This document shows, in pieces, positions 19,606 through 29,276 of a stretch of DNA of 61,084 nucleotides (position 1 is its first letter; each line of letters opens with the position of its first letter). Origin of the DNA: Minisyncoccota bacterium (lineage in GTDB: Bacteria > Patescibacteriota > Microgenomatia > UBA1400 > PJMF01); NCBI GenBank assembly GCA_029881675.1, contig JAOUMD010000003.1:1-61084 (forward strand), read 5' to 3'. The position numbers and the translations under genes are program-made. The notes beneath the pieces are model-generated. The model saw only the letters and a list, made by a program, of their open reading frames with translations. It made no database searches and was not told the origin of the DNA.

Positions 19606-20367
19606 TTATACAGCTAGTGTATTAAGGTTGAAAAACTGGAGTAACTGAATGCTAATTATTTCAACTTTATTGAGAAACAATAAAATACCCATTAGAATAA
19701 TAATGACAGCAGAAATATCATGAAGGATTTTTCCAAATTTTCTAGTTTTAATGAGTTTTGTAGAAATACTTTCAAAGAAAAGAGCTGTTATTATAAATGG
19801 TAATCCAAGTCCAATCCCATAAGCAAGGAGAAGGCTCATGCCTTTCCAAACTGTTGTTGCTTGTGCTGACCAAAATAGAATGACTGCCAAAACAGGTCCA
19901 ATACAAGGCGTCCATGCAAAGCCAAAAGCCATCCCAACTAAGAAAGAATGAAGTTCTTTATATTTTTCTAAAGACTTAGGTAACTCAAATTTTCTTTCTT
20001 GGTATAGTTGTTGAATCTTGATAACATCAAGCATAAATAGTCCCATGATGACAAAAACTATCCCAGAAATTTTTCTAATAAGTGGTTTATATTGGGCAAG
20101 TAAAATTCCTAGCGTTTGAGTGGTTGCTCCAAGTAATACAAATATAAAGATAAACCCTAGAGTAAAAATTACTCCATTCACAAAAACTCTTCTTTTGAAG
20201 ATGCTTTTATCTGTTTCTTCCTCTTGTTTTGAAGTTGCAATACCAGCAAGGTAAGCAAGATAAGTTGGAACAAGTGGTAATAGGCATGAGGCAAAGAAAG
20301 TAATAATTCCTCCAAGAAAGGCAATCAATAAATTAACTTGAGATCCATCAAACATATTTTGAAACAT
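19606..20367 (-). CDS. ccdA: CcdA-family thiol:disulfide transporter
   Basis: FFASCLLPLVP and WTPCIGPVL motifs. Confidence 0.9.
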   Translation of the reverse strand: MFQNMFDGSQVNLLIAFLGGIITFFASCLLPLVPTYLAYLAGIATSKQEEETDKSIFKRRVFVNGVIFTLGFIFIFVLLGATTQTLGILLAQYKPLIRKISGIVFVIMGLFMLDVIKIQQLYQERKFELPKSLEKYKELHSFLVGMAFGFAWTPCIGPVLAVILFWSAQATTVWKGMSLLLAYGIGLGLPFIITALFFESISTKLIKTRKFGKILHDISAVIIILMGILLFLNKVEIISIQLLQFFNLNTLAV

Positions 20368-20368
20368 A

Positions 20369-20707
20369 TTAAGAAAGGTGGTTGGTTCCTTGTTTTAGGA
20401 TTGGGATTACCTCAGGCCCGTAGTGGTTAATAAATTGATCAAAGTTTTCTTCTACCAGAGAAGATAAAAAAGTATCTTTAGTTTGTGTAGTTTGGTAATA
20501 ACAAGTATTATTTGGTTTTTCTCTTTTTAAAATACCTTTATCTACCATTCTATTCATAACTGTCATCACAGTAGTGTAGGCAGGGTTAAGGTCATTAGAA
20601 AGTTGTTCCAAGACATGTCTGACACAGACTTTTTTACTTTGCCAAGCAATCTTTAAGATTTCTCTTTCTAGTGGTCCAAGTGAATAATTAATTGAATTTT
20701 TAGACAT
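20369..20707 (-). CDS. BlaI/MecI/CopY-family transcriptional repressor
   Basis: LGPLEREIL..W and AYTTVMTVMNRMVDKG motifs. Confidence 0.9.
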   Translation of the reverse strand: MSKNSINYSLGPLEREILKIAWQSKKVCVRHVLEQLSNDLNPAYTTVMTVMNRMVDKGILKREKPNNTCYYQTTQTKDTFLSSLVEENFDQFINHYGPEVIPILKQGTNHLS

Positions 20708-20726
20708 CTACTACTTAGTGTAGTAG
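20708..20726. promoter_or_regulatory. BlaI/CopY-type operator palindrome
   Basis: Perfect CTACTAC-N5-GTAGTAG directly abutting the repressor start codon. Confidence 0.75.
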
Positions 20727-20781
20727 TCATTTGTTTTAATAACAAGTAGGTAATTCACTACCATTTTGGTATAAGTAAGAA

Positions 20782-21417
20782 GTGTTAAAAATTCTTATCC
20801 TCTTTATATTATTTACTATATTTAAATTTCTTAAAACCATGTTACAAAAAATATTTCCCAATATGTTCAAGTCAAATCCCAACTCTAGTTCAGATGAATT
20901 TAAAGAAGGTAAAGAAGAATTGAAATTATTTGAGTCAGATCCTAAATTAAAAAAAGCTACATTTGCAGGAGGTTGTTTCTGGTGTATGGAAGGGCCACTA
21001 GAGTCAGTGAAAGGGGTTGAGGGAGTTGTGCTTGGATATACTGGCGGAGGGAGAGAAACCGCCTTAGTTTTTTATGATCCAAACATTACAAAGTATAAAG
21101 ATCTTGTAGAGATGTATTGGAAGTTTATTGATCCAACTGATCCAGATGGCCAATTTGCAGACCGTGGTAGTAGATATCACTTAGGTATTTTTTACCATAC
21201 ACAAGAGCAGCAGGAGATAGCGGCACAATATATAAGAGAAATGGAAGAGAGTGGTAAGTATGATAAGCCAATTACAGTAGAATTATTACCTGAAGAAGAT
21301 TTTAAGTTAGCAGAAGACTATCATCAAAACTATTATAAAAAGCAGTCAAAGAATTATAAGGAGTATTATAGAGGTTCAGGTAGACAAGCTTTTGTAGAAT
21401 CAAATAGTTTTGAGTAG
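20782..21417 (+). CDS. msrA: Peptide-methionine (S)-S-oxide reductase
   Basis: FAGGCFWC, DPTD..GQF.DRG..Y and AEDYHQ.YY motifs. Start may be ATG 20839. Confidence 0.9.
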   Translation: MLKILILFILFTIFKFLKTMLQKIFPNMFKSNPNSSSDEFKEGKEELKLFESDPKLKKATFAGGCFWCMEGPLESVKGVEGVVLGYTGGGRETALVFYDPNITKYKDLVEMYWKFIDPTDPDGQFADRGSRYHLGIFYHTQEQQEIAAQYIREMEESGKYDKPITVELLPEEDFKLAEDYHQNYYKKQSKNYKEYYRGSGRQAFVESNSFE

Positions 21418-22047
21418 CTTCTTAACAATTTTATTTATTTTATTTGTTTTTTTCTTTGTCCAAGAAAATTGAAGATTATTTAAAGACTTTTTGCTAGATA
21501 GTTTATTTATATAATATTTTCCAAATATCTTTGTAAAATAGTTAACCTGATTTCTCTTTTTAATTAAAGGTCTTAGTCTTCTGACATGAAAGAGATCTAG
21601 ATCATCGAGATCTTTAAGAATCTTTGCTTCAATACTGTTTAATGGAAAAAATTGAAATTGAGCATGTTTGCGGATGGCATAGTTTACCTCAACAATAATA
21701 GATTTAGGTAGTAGTCCTACTGAATGTTTACTAAAGATAATCACAGAACCAAAGCCTTCATAAATTTGATGGAAAAGAAGTTTGAATGGATTGAGTGATT
21801 GTTTTTTTGCTTTCCAAGTATCATGCCAAATAATGGAAAGTAGTAAAATTTCAAAATTAATTTTTTTATGATTCCTATTATCTTTAAGAAATGATTCTAA
21901 ATTACTTAGTAGCCTACCGATGTGATGATTATCATGTAGCTGGTCAATACTATCAGCCATTTTTTGTTCCCCTACCCTACAAAGCATTAGGGTTTTTTTA
22001 GAGATTTTTATTTTAGGATGATTCTTAAGAAATTTATCAATATACAT
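21400..22047 (-). CDS. HD-domain protein
   Basis: LHDNHH, IIWHD, IRKH and LKDLD motifs. Confidence 0.65.
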   Translation of the reverse strand: MYIDKFLKNHPKIKISKKTLMLCRVGEQKMADSIDQLHDNHHIGRLLSNLESFLKDNRNHKKINFEILLLSIIWHDTWKAKKQSLNPFKLLFHQIYEGFGSVIIFSKHSVGLLPKSIIVEVNYAIRKHAQFQFFPLNSIEAKILKDLDDLDLFHVRRLRPLIKKRNQVNYFTKIFGKYYINKLSSKKSLNNLQFSWTKKKTNKINKIVKKLLKTI

Positions 22048-22084
22048 GAAGGGATATTATAACAGTAATACACTTTATGGTATG

Positions 22085-22113
22085 AAAAAGGAGCCATTTG
22101 CAGACTCCCTTTT
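22085..22113 (-). terminator. Intrinsic terminator
   Basis: Minus strand GGAGTC-tgcaaat-GGCTCC-TTTTT. Confidence 0.65.
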
Positions 22114-22131
22114 TGTTTTGCTTTTGCACCT

Positions 22132-22464
22132 TTATTCGAGTGTTTCAGGTGGGAATTCCTCATCAAGAGTATAGGGTAATCCCTCTCCGCCATGAACAAC
22201 ATAGCATTTCATCAGAGTAAATTCTTTCTGAGTATCTAATTGATCATCAGGGAATTCCTGTCGCCATTTCTTAACTACATCACTAAAGATAGCCATTTCA
22301 GTCTCAGTTACCTGTTTAAGGGTAATGATTCTGAACTTGAGGGTCGGAATGTTTTCAATAGGTGCGCCATTTAAGCGCCATTCATAACTCTCAATCTTTT
22401 TTAAGATTTGTGATTTGCGATGTGTAGGTGCATTTTTTGGAATTTGCATAACATAAACTGCCAT
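22132..22464 (-). CDS. Orphan hypothetical protein
   Basis: ATG 22464 with GGAGG SD; promoter TTGCAT-N17-TATAAT at 22514-22542; own terminator. Confidence 0.7.
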   Translation of the reverse strand: MAVYVMQIPKNAPTHRKSQILKKIESYEWRLNGAPIENIPTLKFRIITLKQVTETEMAIFSDVVKKWRQEFPDDQLDTQKEFTLMKCYVVHGGEGLPYTLDEEFPPETLE

Positions 22465-22595
22465 TGGTATAACCTCCAATATAAATGTATAGATGTTTAC
22501 ATATCCAGTGAGTATTATAAGTTAGAATATGATTTAATGCAATAACTATGGGTCATATGTTATTTTATTAATTATTTTTCTGTTATCATTAATAC

Positions 22596-23321
22596 ATGGG
22601 TCAAAATATATCAGAGAATGTGATCGTCATTGAAGGCCATTCTGGGGTTGGTAAAACATCTACGGCACAAACATTGGCTGTAGAGTTAGGCTATGCCTTT
22701 TTAGACTCAGGTCTTGTTTACCGAGCTTTTAGTCTTCATCTAATCCGTCATGATATCCCACTTGTTCCCAAATTAGTTTATAGAGCTTTAGATTCTTTTG
22801 ATCCATATATAAAAAAGGATGGTTCTGTAATTTTAGAAGGTCATGATGTCACTTCTCTACTTCATGATAGACAAGTTACTGAGATTGTATCTTCTGTCAG
22901 TAGTGCTCAATTTGTTAGAAAAAAAGTAAATAAGATAATGTTAGATTTTAGTTCTAGATACGAAGGACAAGTAGTTATCACTGGCCGTAGTACCGCTGCT
23001 GAGGTCTTTCCAGAAACAAGATTAATCTTTGATCTTCAAGCTGATGCTGAAGTCAGAGCAATGAGAAGGTTTACGCAAAGAATGGAAACTTGGAATGGTG
23101 AAGGTATGGAGCCTAATTATGATGAGATCTTAGTAGCATTAAGAAAGAGAGATCTTTCTGATATTAACAAACCAGTCATGCCAATGGCAACAAATGAGCA
23201 GGCTGTGATAATTAATACTGAGGAATTGGATTTGAAAGAAGTTGTGGATCAAATTTCAAAAGAAGTTAGATTGAAGATAGCTACAATAGAAGGAGTAATG
23301 AGAAGAAATAAAGAATTATAA
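22596..23321 (+). CDS. cmk: Cytidylate kinase
   Basis: P-loop GHSGVGKT, LDSGLVYR, VFP, RA.RR and RD..D motifs. Confidence 0.85.
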   Translation: MGQNISENVIVIEGHSGVGKTSTAQTLAVELGYAFLDSGLVYRAFSLHLIRHDIPLVPKLVYRALDSFDPYIKKDGSVILEGHDVTSLLHDRQVTEIVSSVSSAQFVRKKVNKIMLDFSSRYEGQVVITGRSTAAEVFPETRLIFDLQADAEVRAMRRFTQRMETWNGEGMEPNYDEILVALRKRDLSDINKPVMPMATNEQAVIINTEELDLKEVVDQISKEVRLKIATIEGVMRRNKEL

Positions 23322-23798
23322 TTTTTGGTAAATTATTTTGTTATTTGTCCATGACAAATATCTTTTAAAATCATCTGTATTAATTACAAGAGTAGCTGTA
23401 TTTATATTTGGGTGGAAACCAGCTTGTTTATAATCCATTAAATCTTGATCAATAAAAACAGTTACATTTTTTTCTTTATTGTTAATTAAAGTAAATGGAG
23501 AAACTGAGCCAGGTGTTACATGAAGGTATTTCATTAAGTCTTCTGGAGAGGCAAAGCTTAATTTCTTCTCACCTAATTTTTCTGAAAAACTTTTTATGTC
23601 AAATTTTTTATCTGCTTCCATTACAACTAAGTAATAGTTTGTTTTCTTTTTATTTCTTAAAAATAAATTTTTGCTATGACAAGTCCCCTCTTCTAATTGA
23701 TATTGATCAGCTTCTTGGGTGGTAAAGACTGCGGGGTGATCAATCTTTTGGTAATTAATATTAAGATCTTTTAGAACCTTATAGATATCATTTGACAT
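23316..23798 (-). CDS. YbaK/ProX(PrdX)-type aminoacyl-tRNA deacylase
   Basis: HP.VFT, KNLFL, LSFAS, PGSVSPF and HPN.NT motifs. Confidence 0.9.
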   Translation of the reverse strand: MSNDIYKVLKDLNINYQKIDHPAVFTTQEADQYQLEEGTCHSKNLFLRNKKKTNYYLVVMEADKKFDIKSFSEKLGEKKLSFASPEDLMKYLHVTPGSVSPFTLINNKEKNVTVFIDQDLMDYKQAGFHPNINTATLVINTDDFKRYLSWTNNKIIYQKL

Positions 23799-24363
23799 GA
23801 GTTAACATTTCTCCTAGTTTTTTATAGTTTTTTGTGAACTTTTTCATTCTTTCTTGATATGGGAATTGAGCCCAACTTCGATGATCATCTCTGAAAGCAA
23901 TAATACTAGACCAACCAGGATCATAACTTTTGTCTTTAGATAAATTGTTATCTAATTTAATTTCATTTAATATCTGACACTCTACTTTATGAAGCAATTC
24001 AATTATCTCTCCGTTTGGAGTGGCATAAACAAGCCCAAGATCAAAAGTCGCATTTCTATTTTCTTCATCTTTCATAAGGTTTAAAACTTGTTGTGCAGAT
24101 AATGTTTTTTCTACAAAAGACATATATGGTCCAGGAAAGTTATTTAGTGTTTCAATAGCAAAACCATGATCTTCTCTGATTACTGGTTTATTTAAATTCT
24201 TGGCTTCTTGTACTGCCATATCTTTGGCAATATTTATAACATTGTTATCTTGAATTTCTGCTAAGTTTGTTTTATGGCCTACAACATTAATACTAAAAGG
24301 TTTTAGTGCTAATTGTGCTGTCTCAATTTTGAAGTGGTTGCCGGTCAGTAAAGTAATTGTCAT
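23788..24363 (-). CDS. Ham1/RdgB-family non-canonical purine NTP pyrophosphatase
   Basis: TGN..K, EIQ and ED.G..I..LNNFPGPY motifs; divergent C-terminus. Confidence 0.8.
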   Translation of the reverse strand: MTITLLTGNHFKIETAQLALKPFSINVVGHKTNLAEIQDNNVINIAKDMAVQEAKNLNKPVIREDHGFAIETLNNFPGPYMSFVEKTLSAQQVLNLMKDEENRNATFDLGLVYATPNGEIIELLHKVECQILNEIKLDNNLSKDKSYDPGWSSIIAFRDDHRSWAQFPYQERMKKFTKNYKKLGEMLTHVK

Positions 24364-24986
24364 TATAAAAGTGTGTTTACTTTAGTTAAAAGAAGATCTA
24401 AGGCCACATTATTTCTTCCACCTTCTGGAATAATAATATCGGCATATCTTTTATTTGGTTCAACAAATTCTTCATGCATTGGCTTAGTAAATTTAAGATA
24501 TTGGTCTACAACAAAATCAAGAGTTCTACCTCTCTCTTCAATGTCTCTTTTGATTCTTCTGATAATCCTGATGTCATCCTCAGTATCAACAAAAACTTTT
24601 AGATCCATTAAGTCTCTTAATCTTTTTGGTTCAAAAATTAAAATGCCTTCTATGATAATTACTTTATTTGGTTGTAAAACTGTTGTTTGTTTGGAGCGAG
24701 TATGATTTACAAAGTCATAAATAGGCTGTTTGACTGCTTTACCAGCTGTTAGGCCTTTTAGTTTAGTGATTAAAAGATCCGTTTCTAAAGAGTCAGGATG
24801 ATCATAATTTGTCTTTACTCTTTCTTTCATTGGTAAATGATCTTGGTTTCTGTAATAGTCATCATGGGATATACAGGTAACTGATTCATCACCTAATACT
24901 TTGATTAGGTTTTCTACAATGGTGGTTTTTCCAGAGCCACTACCTCCGGCTACGCCAATAATGAAGGGTTTTTTTGAGGAAGACAT
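24363..24986 (-). CDS. udk: Uridine kinase
   Basis: GGSGSGKTT, NYDHP, EGIL, RRIKRDI.ERGR and ADIIIP motifs. Confidence 0.95.
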   Translation of the reverse strand: MSSSKKPFIIGVAGGSGSGKTTIVENLIKVLGDESVTCISHDDYYRNQDHLPMKERVKTNYDHPDSLETDLLITKLKGLTAGKAVKQPIYDFVNHTRSKQTTVLQPNKVIIIEGILIFEPKRLRDLMDLKVFVDTEDDIRIIRRIKRDIEERGRTLDFVVDQYLKFTKPMHEEFVEPNKRYADIIIPEGGRNNVALDLLLTKVNTLL

Positions 24987-25016
24987 ATTTGTATTGTAAC
25001 ATTTGTTTAAATGTAC

Positions 25017-25046
25017 AAAAAAAACCTACTGTGTATGCAGTAGGTT
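25017..25046 (-). terminator. Intrinsic terminator of the PP2C-kinase-hydrolase-vWA operon
   Basis: Minus strand AACCTACTG-cataca-CAGTAGGTT followed by a T tract. Confidence 0.85.
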
Positions 25047-25147
25047 CATTGTTTTGATTTGAGTCCGGGATTATCCCCCCGGTGGGTATTGAGTTGTACC
25101 CTTCCTTTTTAGGTTGGGGTTAAATGGAGATTTTATCGTATTGGTAC

Positions 25148-26152
25148 TTATTCGCCGAAACCACCAAGTGAAGTTTGGCTAAATGAGGCACCGGATTGTG
25201 ATGCAGACACGGCTGATTCACTGAAGGTTTGGAATGCCGCCCGGATTTCTTGATCCGAATTGCCGGGTGTTAAAATCCAGCTATCAGGAATACCCATGCT
25301 TCCAAACACAACGCGGAAGTCTGTCCCGCGAAGTTCAATTCCCATGCCACAAACGATATGACGTTCACTATCAAGCATGTCTTGCGATAAGTTTGCGGCA
25401 TCACTTGCTTTTACGCCACCGGAATGTTCGTCAGCACCATCTGACATCAACATACTTACTGAGCGAACACCGACACCACTTTCTTTGGCTTCCTGAGTTT
25501 TTGCAATCATGGTACTCCAGAAAGTGATAGCGTGTTTGTAGAGTGGTGTTCCGCCAGTCGGATGATACAGATGCAGACCTGATGCAGAGTCATTGAATTT
25601 TTGCACAAGTTCTGAGTCATAGCGATTGACGATGCGTTCAATAAAATCACTAACACTGAGACCGTTTTCTGCGGCAACTTTGTTCAGTGCTTCTACAGCC
25701 CGGCTATCTTTATTTGCATAGAGCGTTGCTAGTGTGTAGAGTGAAACAAACTGACCGACATTTTCCAGTGGGGTAAATGGAAGCATCGTCCCACCATTAA
25801 TGTCTTGTATCATCAACAGAACGTCATCACGATGTTTCGCACCCATAAGTGAATCACGTACAAGGTTAAGACCTGTTTCAACGCTTTCTACATTGCCACC
25901 AGCGCGGATATAGATTGTCTCACCATCGATGACTACTTCTTTTGTAACAGTACCATGGAACATTGAAGTCGAGTTATCAACATCAATTCCCATTAAAAGT
26001 AGCTCGTTGGCTTCAACGTCTTCGATACCTGTGCCGAATGCGTTCTGAATTTCTAATCCCATGTTCATTCCTGAAAATGCTGTCATTGACATTGGGCTGA
26101 CATCGCCCTCATCTGCTGCGTTTGCCATGAGTTCTTCAATATAGCTTGTCAT
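25148..26152 (-). CDS. vWA-domain (TerY-like) protein
   Basis: MIDAS DNSTS, GGTPLY and MSDG motifs. Confidence 0.8.
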   Translation of the reverse strand: MTSYIEELMANAADEGDVSPMSMTAFSGMNMGLEIQNAFGTGIEDVEANELLLMGIDVDNSTSMFHGTVTKEVVIDGETIYIRAGGNVESVETGLNLVRDSLMGAKHRDDVLLMIQDINGGTMLPFTPLENVGQFVSLYTLATLYANKDSRAVEALNKVAAENGLSVSDFIERIVNRYDSELVQKFNDSASGLHLYHPTGGTPLYKHAITFWSTMIAKTQEAKESGVGVRSVSMLMSDGADEHSGGVKASDAANLSQDMLDSERHIVCGMGIELRGTDFRVVFGSMGIPDSWILTPGNSDQEIRAAFQTFSESAVSASQSGASFSQTSLGGFGE

Positions 26153-26217
26153 GTGTTTTTCTTACTCCGTGAGTTAAATTAAATGAATGGTTTTTGGTTT
26201 AGTGTTACGTTTGTTAG

Positions 26218-26249
26218 TAGTTCCAGCCTTGTTAAAGAGGCTGGAACTA
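26218..26249. other. Intercistronic 12-bp hairpin without U-tract
   Basis: TAGTTCCAGCCT-tgttaaag-AGGCTGGAACTA. Confidence 0.75.
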
Positions 26250-26299
26250 AGGTGGTGTATTACCGAAAGATAGTACATTTCCCAGTAAACTTTACGTTA

Positions 26300-27415
26300 T
26301 TAGCTATTATTCCAACCTTGTTGGATTGGACCTGTCCATTCCCACATTGGGGTGTCACTGAATGCTTGCACGTTCATTCCCATTCCTGCAAATTTAGTGT
26401 AAGCCGCTTCACCAACATCGGTAAAGTCGAGTCCGGGGAAATTCACAGCAGGATTAGGAGGAATGACTACATCACTTGCCATATCTGTAGGAAGGTAAAT
26501 TCTCTGGACAACGGTTGGATCCTGTTCGTACATCTTTCCACCAAAATCTTCGATTGAAGATGCCCCACAATGACTGCGGGCTTGGTTAGGAACCAAAATA
26601 GCATCTGCGCGATCCAATGATTTCATGAACGCTGTATTGCTTTGTACCAATTGAACAGATTTCATGTGGTCTTGTGGATCCGGGATAGTGTTAACTTCTG
26701 TATCCACAACACTATAATTTTCAAAGAGAGGATGTCCACCTTTTACATGGTTTTCACGCATGGTTGAGCGGGCAACTTCCCAGAAGAAGATAGTTTCATG
26801 AAGCAAAGGAACCAGCGCATGGTCGATACCACCTAAAATAACGTGGTAGGGCCAGACGATGAGCAATTGTTTGCCACGAACCTCTAATTGTGTGACGTAA
26901 TGCATTGCGTAGCGATAAGCATAAAGCTCGTTGCCGCCAAACATTTCGCCAACAATCGCGGGGTTAATCCGAATTTGACCAGATTTGACCATAGCAACAG
27001 TGATTTGCGTACTAGGATCAGGATGAGAGCCATCCTTGTACACCCAGAACATCGCATGGAAAACTGCCATTGCCCGATGTGTATCAAGTGTTGCAATAAT
27101 CCGTTTGATGAGATGACCATATTGAAGAATGAATCGAATCAAGCGTTCAGTATCTTCGATAGCACCACGACCACTGCGACCACCAACGAACAGTGGACCC
27201 ATTGTCATAGCAAAGGCGATTTGAAAATCAATTGCGAGCAATGATATATCAAAGTCCTGCGAGGCGGCGGGTGTTACGTTGTTAATTAACGCCCATTCTG
27301 TAGCTTCAGCCGCACGTGCCCCATAATCAGGGATGTACAGTTGTTCTACTTTGTTGGTTGCGAGTGCATCAGCGAAGTATGCGGGGATAGGTAGTACGTT
27401 CTTTGAAAGTTTCAT
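26300..27415 (-). CDS. Nicotinamidase/isochorismatase-like cysteine hydrolase
   Basis: IDFQ (Asp), LDTH and WPYH (metal ligands), KG...ENYS (Lys), QARSHC (Cys). Confidence 0.85.
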   Translation of the reverse strand: MKLSKNVLPIPAYFADALATNKVEQLYIPDYGARAAEATEWALINNVTPAASQDFDISLLAIDFQIAFAMTMGPLFVGGRSGRGAIEDTERLIRFILQYGHLIKRIIATLDTHRAMAVFHAMFWVYKDGSHPDPSTQITVAMVKSGQIRINPAIVGEMFGGNELYAYRYAMHYVTQLEVRGKQLLIVWPYHVILGGIDHALVPLLHETIFFWEVARSTMRENHVKGGHPLFENYSVVDTEVNTIPDPQDHMKSVQLVQSNTAFMKSLDRADAILVPNQARSHCGASSIEDFGGKMYEQDPTVVQRIYLPTDMASDVVIPPNPAVNFPGLDFTDVGEAAYTKFAGMGMNVQAFSDTPMWEWTGPIQQGWNNS

Positions 27416-27440
27416 AGTTCAGTCGTATCCTTTTTTTAGG

Positions 27441-29276
27441 TTATTTGATTTTGAGTAGATGTACATGTTTCTCTGAAACTGCGTAGATTCCACCTTTTGC
27501 AGATAGAAGTACAGTTTCGTCATTAACAAACGGTTCTGTATCAGGGAAGCTTTGAGTTTCGACCAATTGGTCGTTATCAATTTCCACTTTTACAATTCCG
27601 TTGTCAGTTGGCAAAAGAATGAAATTCGCCACAGGTAACCCTTGTCGGATTTGCCCCAGCCAATTGTTTTCACCTTCAGTCGTTTGACCTTGGGCTAAAA
27701 CTTTTCCATCTTTGCTATATACGATACAGTGATTTATTATTTCACTGCCTTCTTTTGTTTGAAATAGTAACCAAACCTTATCTTTTGATATTGTCGCGTG
27801 TGCGTCTAACAACAGTCCATTGATCCGAAGATTTAGAGAGTCGTTAACGCGTTTGCGTTTAGTATCGAAGATAAAAGCAGTAGTTAATGCTCCAACACGA
27901 TAAAAACCAAAGCCAAAATCTTCGCCTGTCCAAAATTGTGAGCGACCCGGAACGAATCCTGATCTTTGCTCTAAACCAAATTTGGTTATTGCGCTGATGT
28001 GGCTGCCTTCTGTAAGGAAAATACTGTCTGAGTTAGTCCCAGCTAATGTTCTTCCTTGAAAAGTATCAGATACAAATTGCGTACTCTGACCTTGTTCATA
28101 AATATTGACACGACCCTCATTTGCGATTAGAGTTATATCCCCAGACACATATGCTTGCGCATAGGGTTGGAGTCTCTCTTCGACAATTACTTGGCCGTTC
28201 TCTCTGCGATACTTGCCGTTTTCATGATACACCACCATTAATTTTCTATTCTGGTACACTGCCGAAACAATAGTACCTCTAGTAGTAAATTCTAGTGTTG
28301 CAGTAACATTTCCACGGATTACCACAGCTTGTTGTTGTACCGGTATCTGAGGCACACTTGCTTTACCAGTTCTTATTGCTTCCAAGATTTCATCAGGCAT
28401 ATAGCCACGACGACCTTCTTCAAATACTTCTCGGAAGTAATCTTGAACTTGCATTGGGAATTCGGTAAAAGGTACTCCAGACTTAGGGTATCTCACGAGA
28501 GGGTTGAAAATAGAAATACCTAACATAGGTCTTTGTACATCCAGAACTTTTGCTTTTCCCTTTTCGTTTTTATACGATCCACCAAAAGGTGGCACAAAAG
28601 TTAATAGCTCCCAGAGCATGGCATGATAGCCATACCAGTCACTATTTGCATTATGTGGCAGAATCAGCATTGGTTTTGTTTGATTGGGATCACAGTGCAA
28701 TGGATCAACATAGCGTGCGGTGAATGTAGGGGTTAAATAAGAGCCCCACTGTCCAGCATCGATATCGATAACTGCGATTCTGTTTTTCCCGTTGACCTTC
28801 ATTGTGTTCATCGACGTAAAATCTGAAAACACGAATGGGTTTGTATTCTCATGAGCACCCTGAACGGTATCGCGTAAATGACGAAACATCTCCACGACAT
28901 CTGAACGGGTAACGCCAGAACTTTTAGCAAACTTAGGTTTGGACAACTGTTTAAGAATGTAGCCATCAACCATGGGCATGCTATAAGCCACTATAGTTCC
29001 ACCTTTTCTGTCATAGCCCAAATGTTGGGGTTTAATGACATCGTCTGGTAGTCCAGTCGGAAATTGAGGGAGTTTCACTTGAAGGACTTCTAGGCGTTTT
29101 TCAGCCATATTTCTTTCATGATCTTCATTGGGTTTCCCACTATATGAAGGGTCATTCCCTCTTTTATAACGTTTGAATGCTGTCTGTCCGATTTTATGAA
29201 CGTAGGCTTCGTTTCCTTGTCCTACTTCGGTATCGTCAGAGAGAGTTACATATTGTCCGTTAATCCAGACTTTCAT
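27441..29276 (-). CDS. Ser/Thr protein kinase-like protein with beta-rich C-terminal domain
   Basis: GQGNEAYV, AFKRYK, SDFTSMN catalytic loop, IDID, YVDP and DWYGY motifs. Confidence 0.85.
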   Translation of the reverse strand: MKVWINGQYVTLSDDTEVGQGNEAYVHKIGQTAFKRYKRGNDPSYSGKPNEDHERNMAEKRLEVLQVKLPQFPTGLPDDVIKPQHLGYDRKGGTIVAYSMPMVDGYILKQLSKPKFAKSSGVTRSDVVEMFRHLRDTVQGAHENTNPFVFSDFTSMNTMKVNGKNRIAVIDIDAGQWGSYLTPTFTARYVDPLHCDPNQTKPMLILPHNANSDWYGYHAMLWELLTFVPPFGGSYKNEKGKAKVLDVQRPMLGISIFNPLVRYPKSGVPFTEFPMQVQDYFREVFEEGRRGYMPDEILEAIRTGKASVPQIPVQQQAVVIRGNVTATLEFTTRGTIVSAVYQNRKLMVVYHENGKYRRENGQVIVEERLQPYAQAYVSGDITLIANEGRVNIYEQGQSTQFVSDTFQGRTLAGTNSDSIFLTEGSHISAITKFGLEQRSGFVPGRSQFWTGEDFGFGFYRVGALTTAFIFDTKRKRVNDSLNLRINGLLLDAHATISKDKVWLLFQTKEGSEIINHCIVYSKDGKVLAQGQTTEGENNWLGQIRQGLPVANFILLPTDNGIVKVEIDNDQLVETQSFPDTEPFVNDETVLLSAKGGIYAVSEKHVHLLKIK

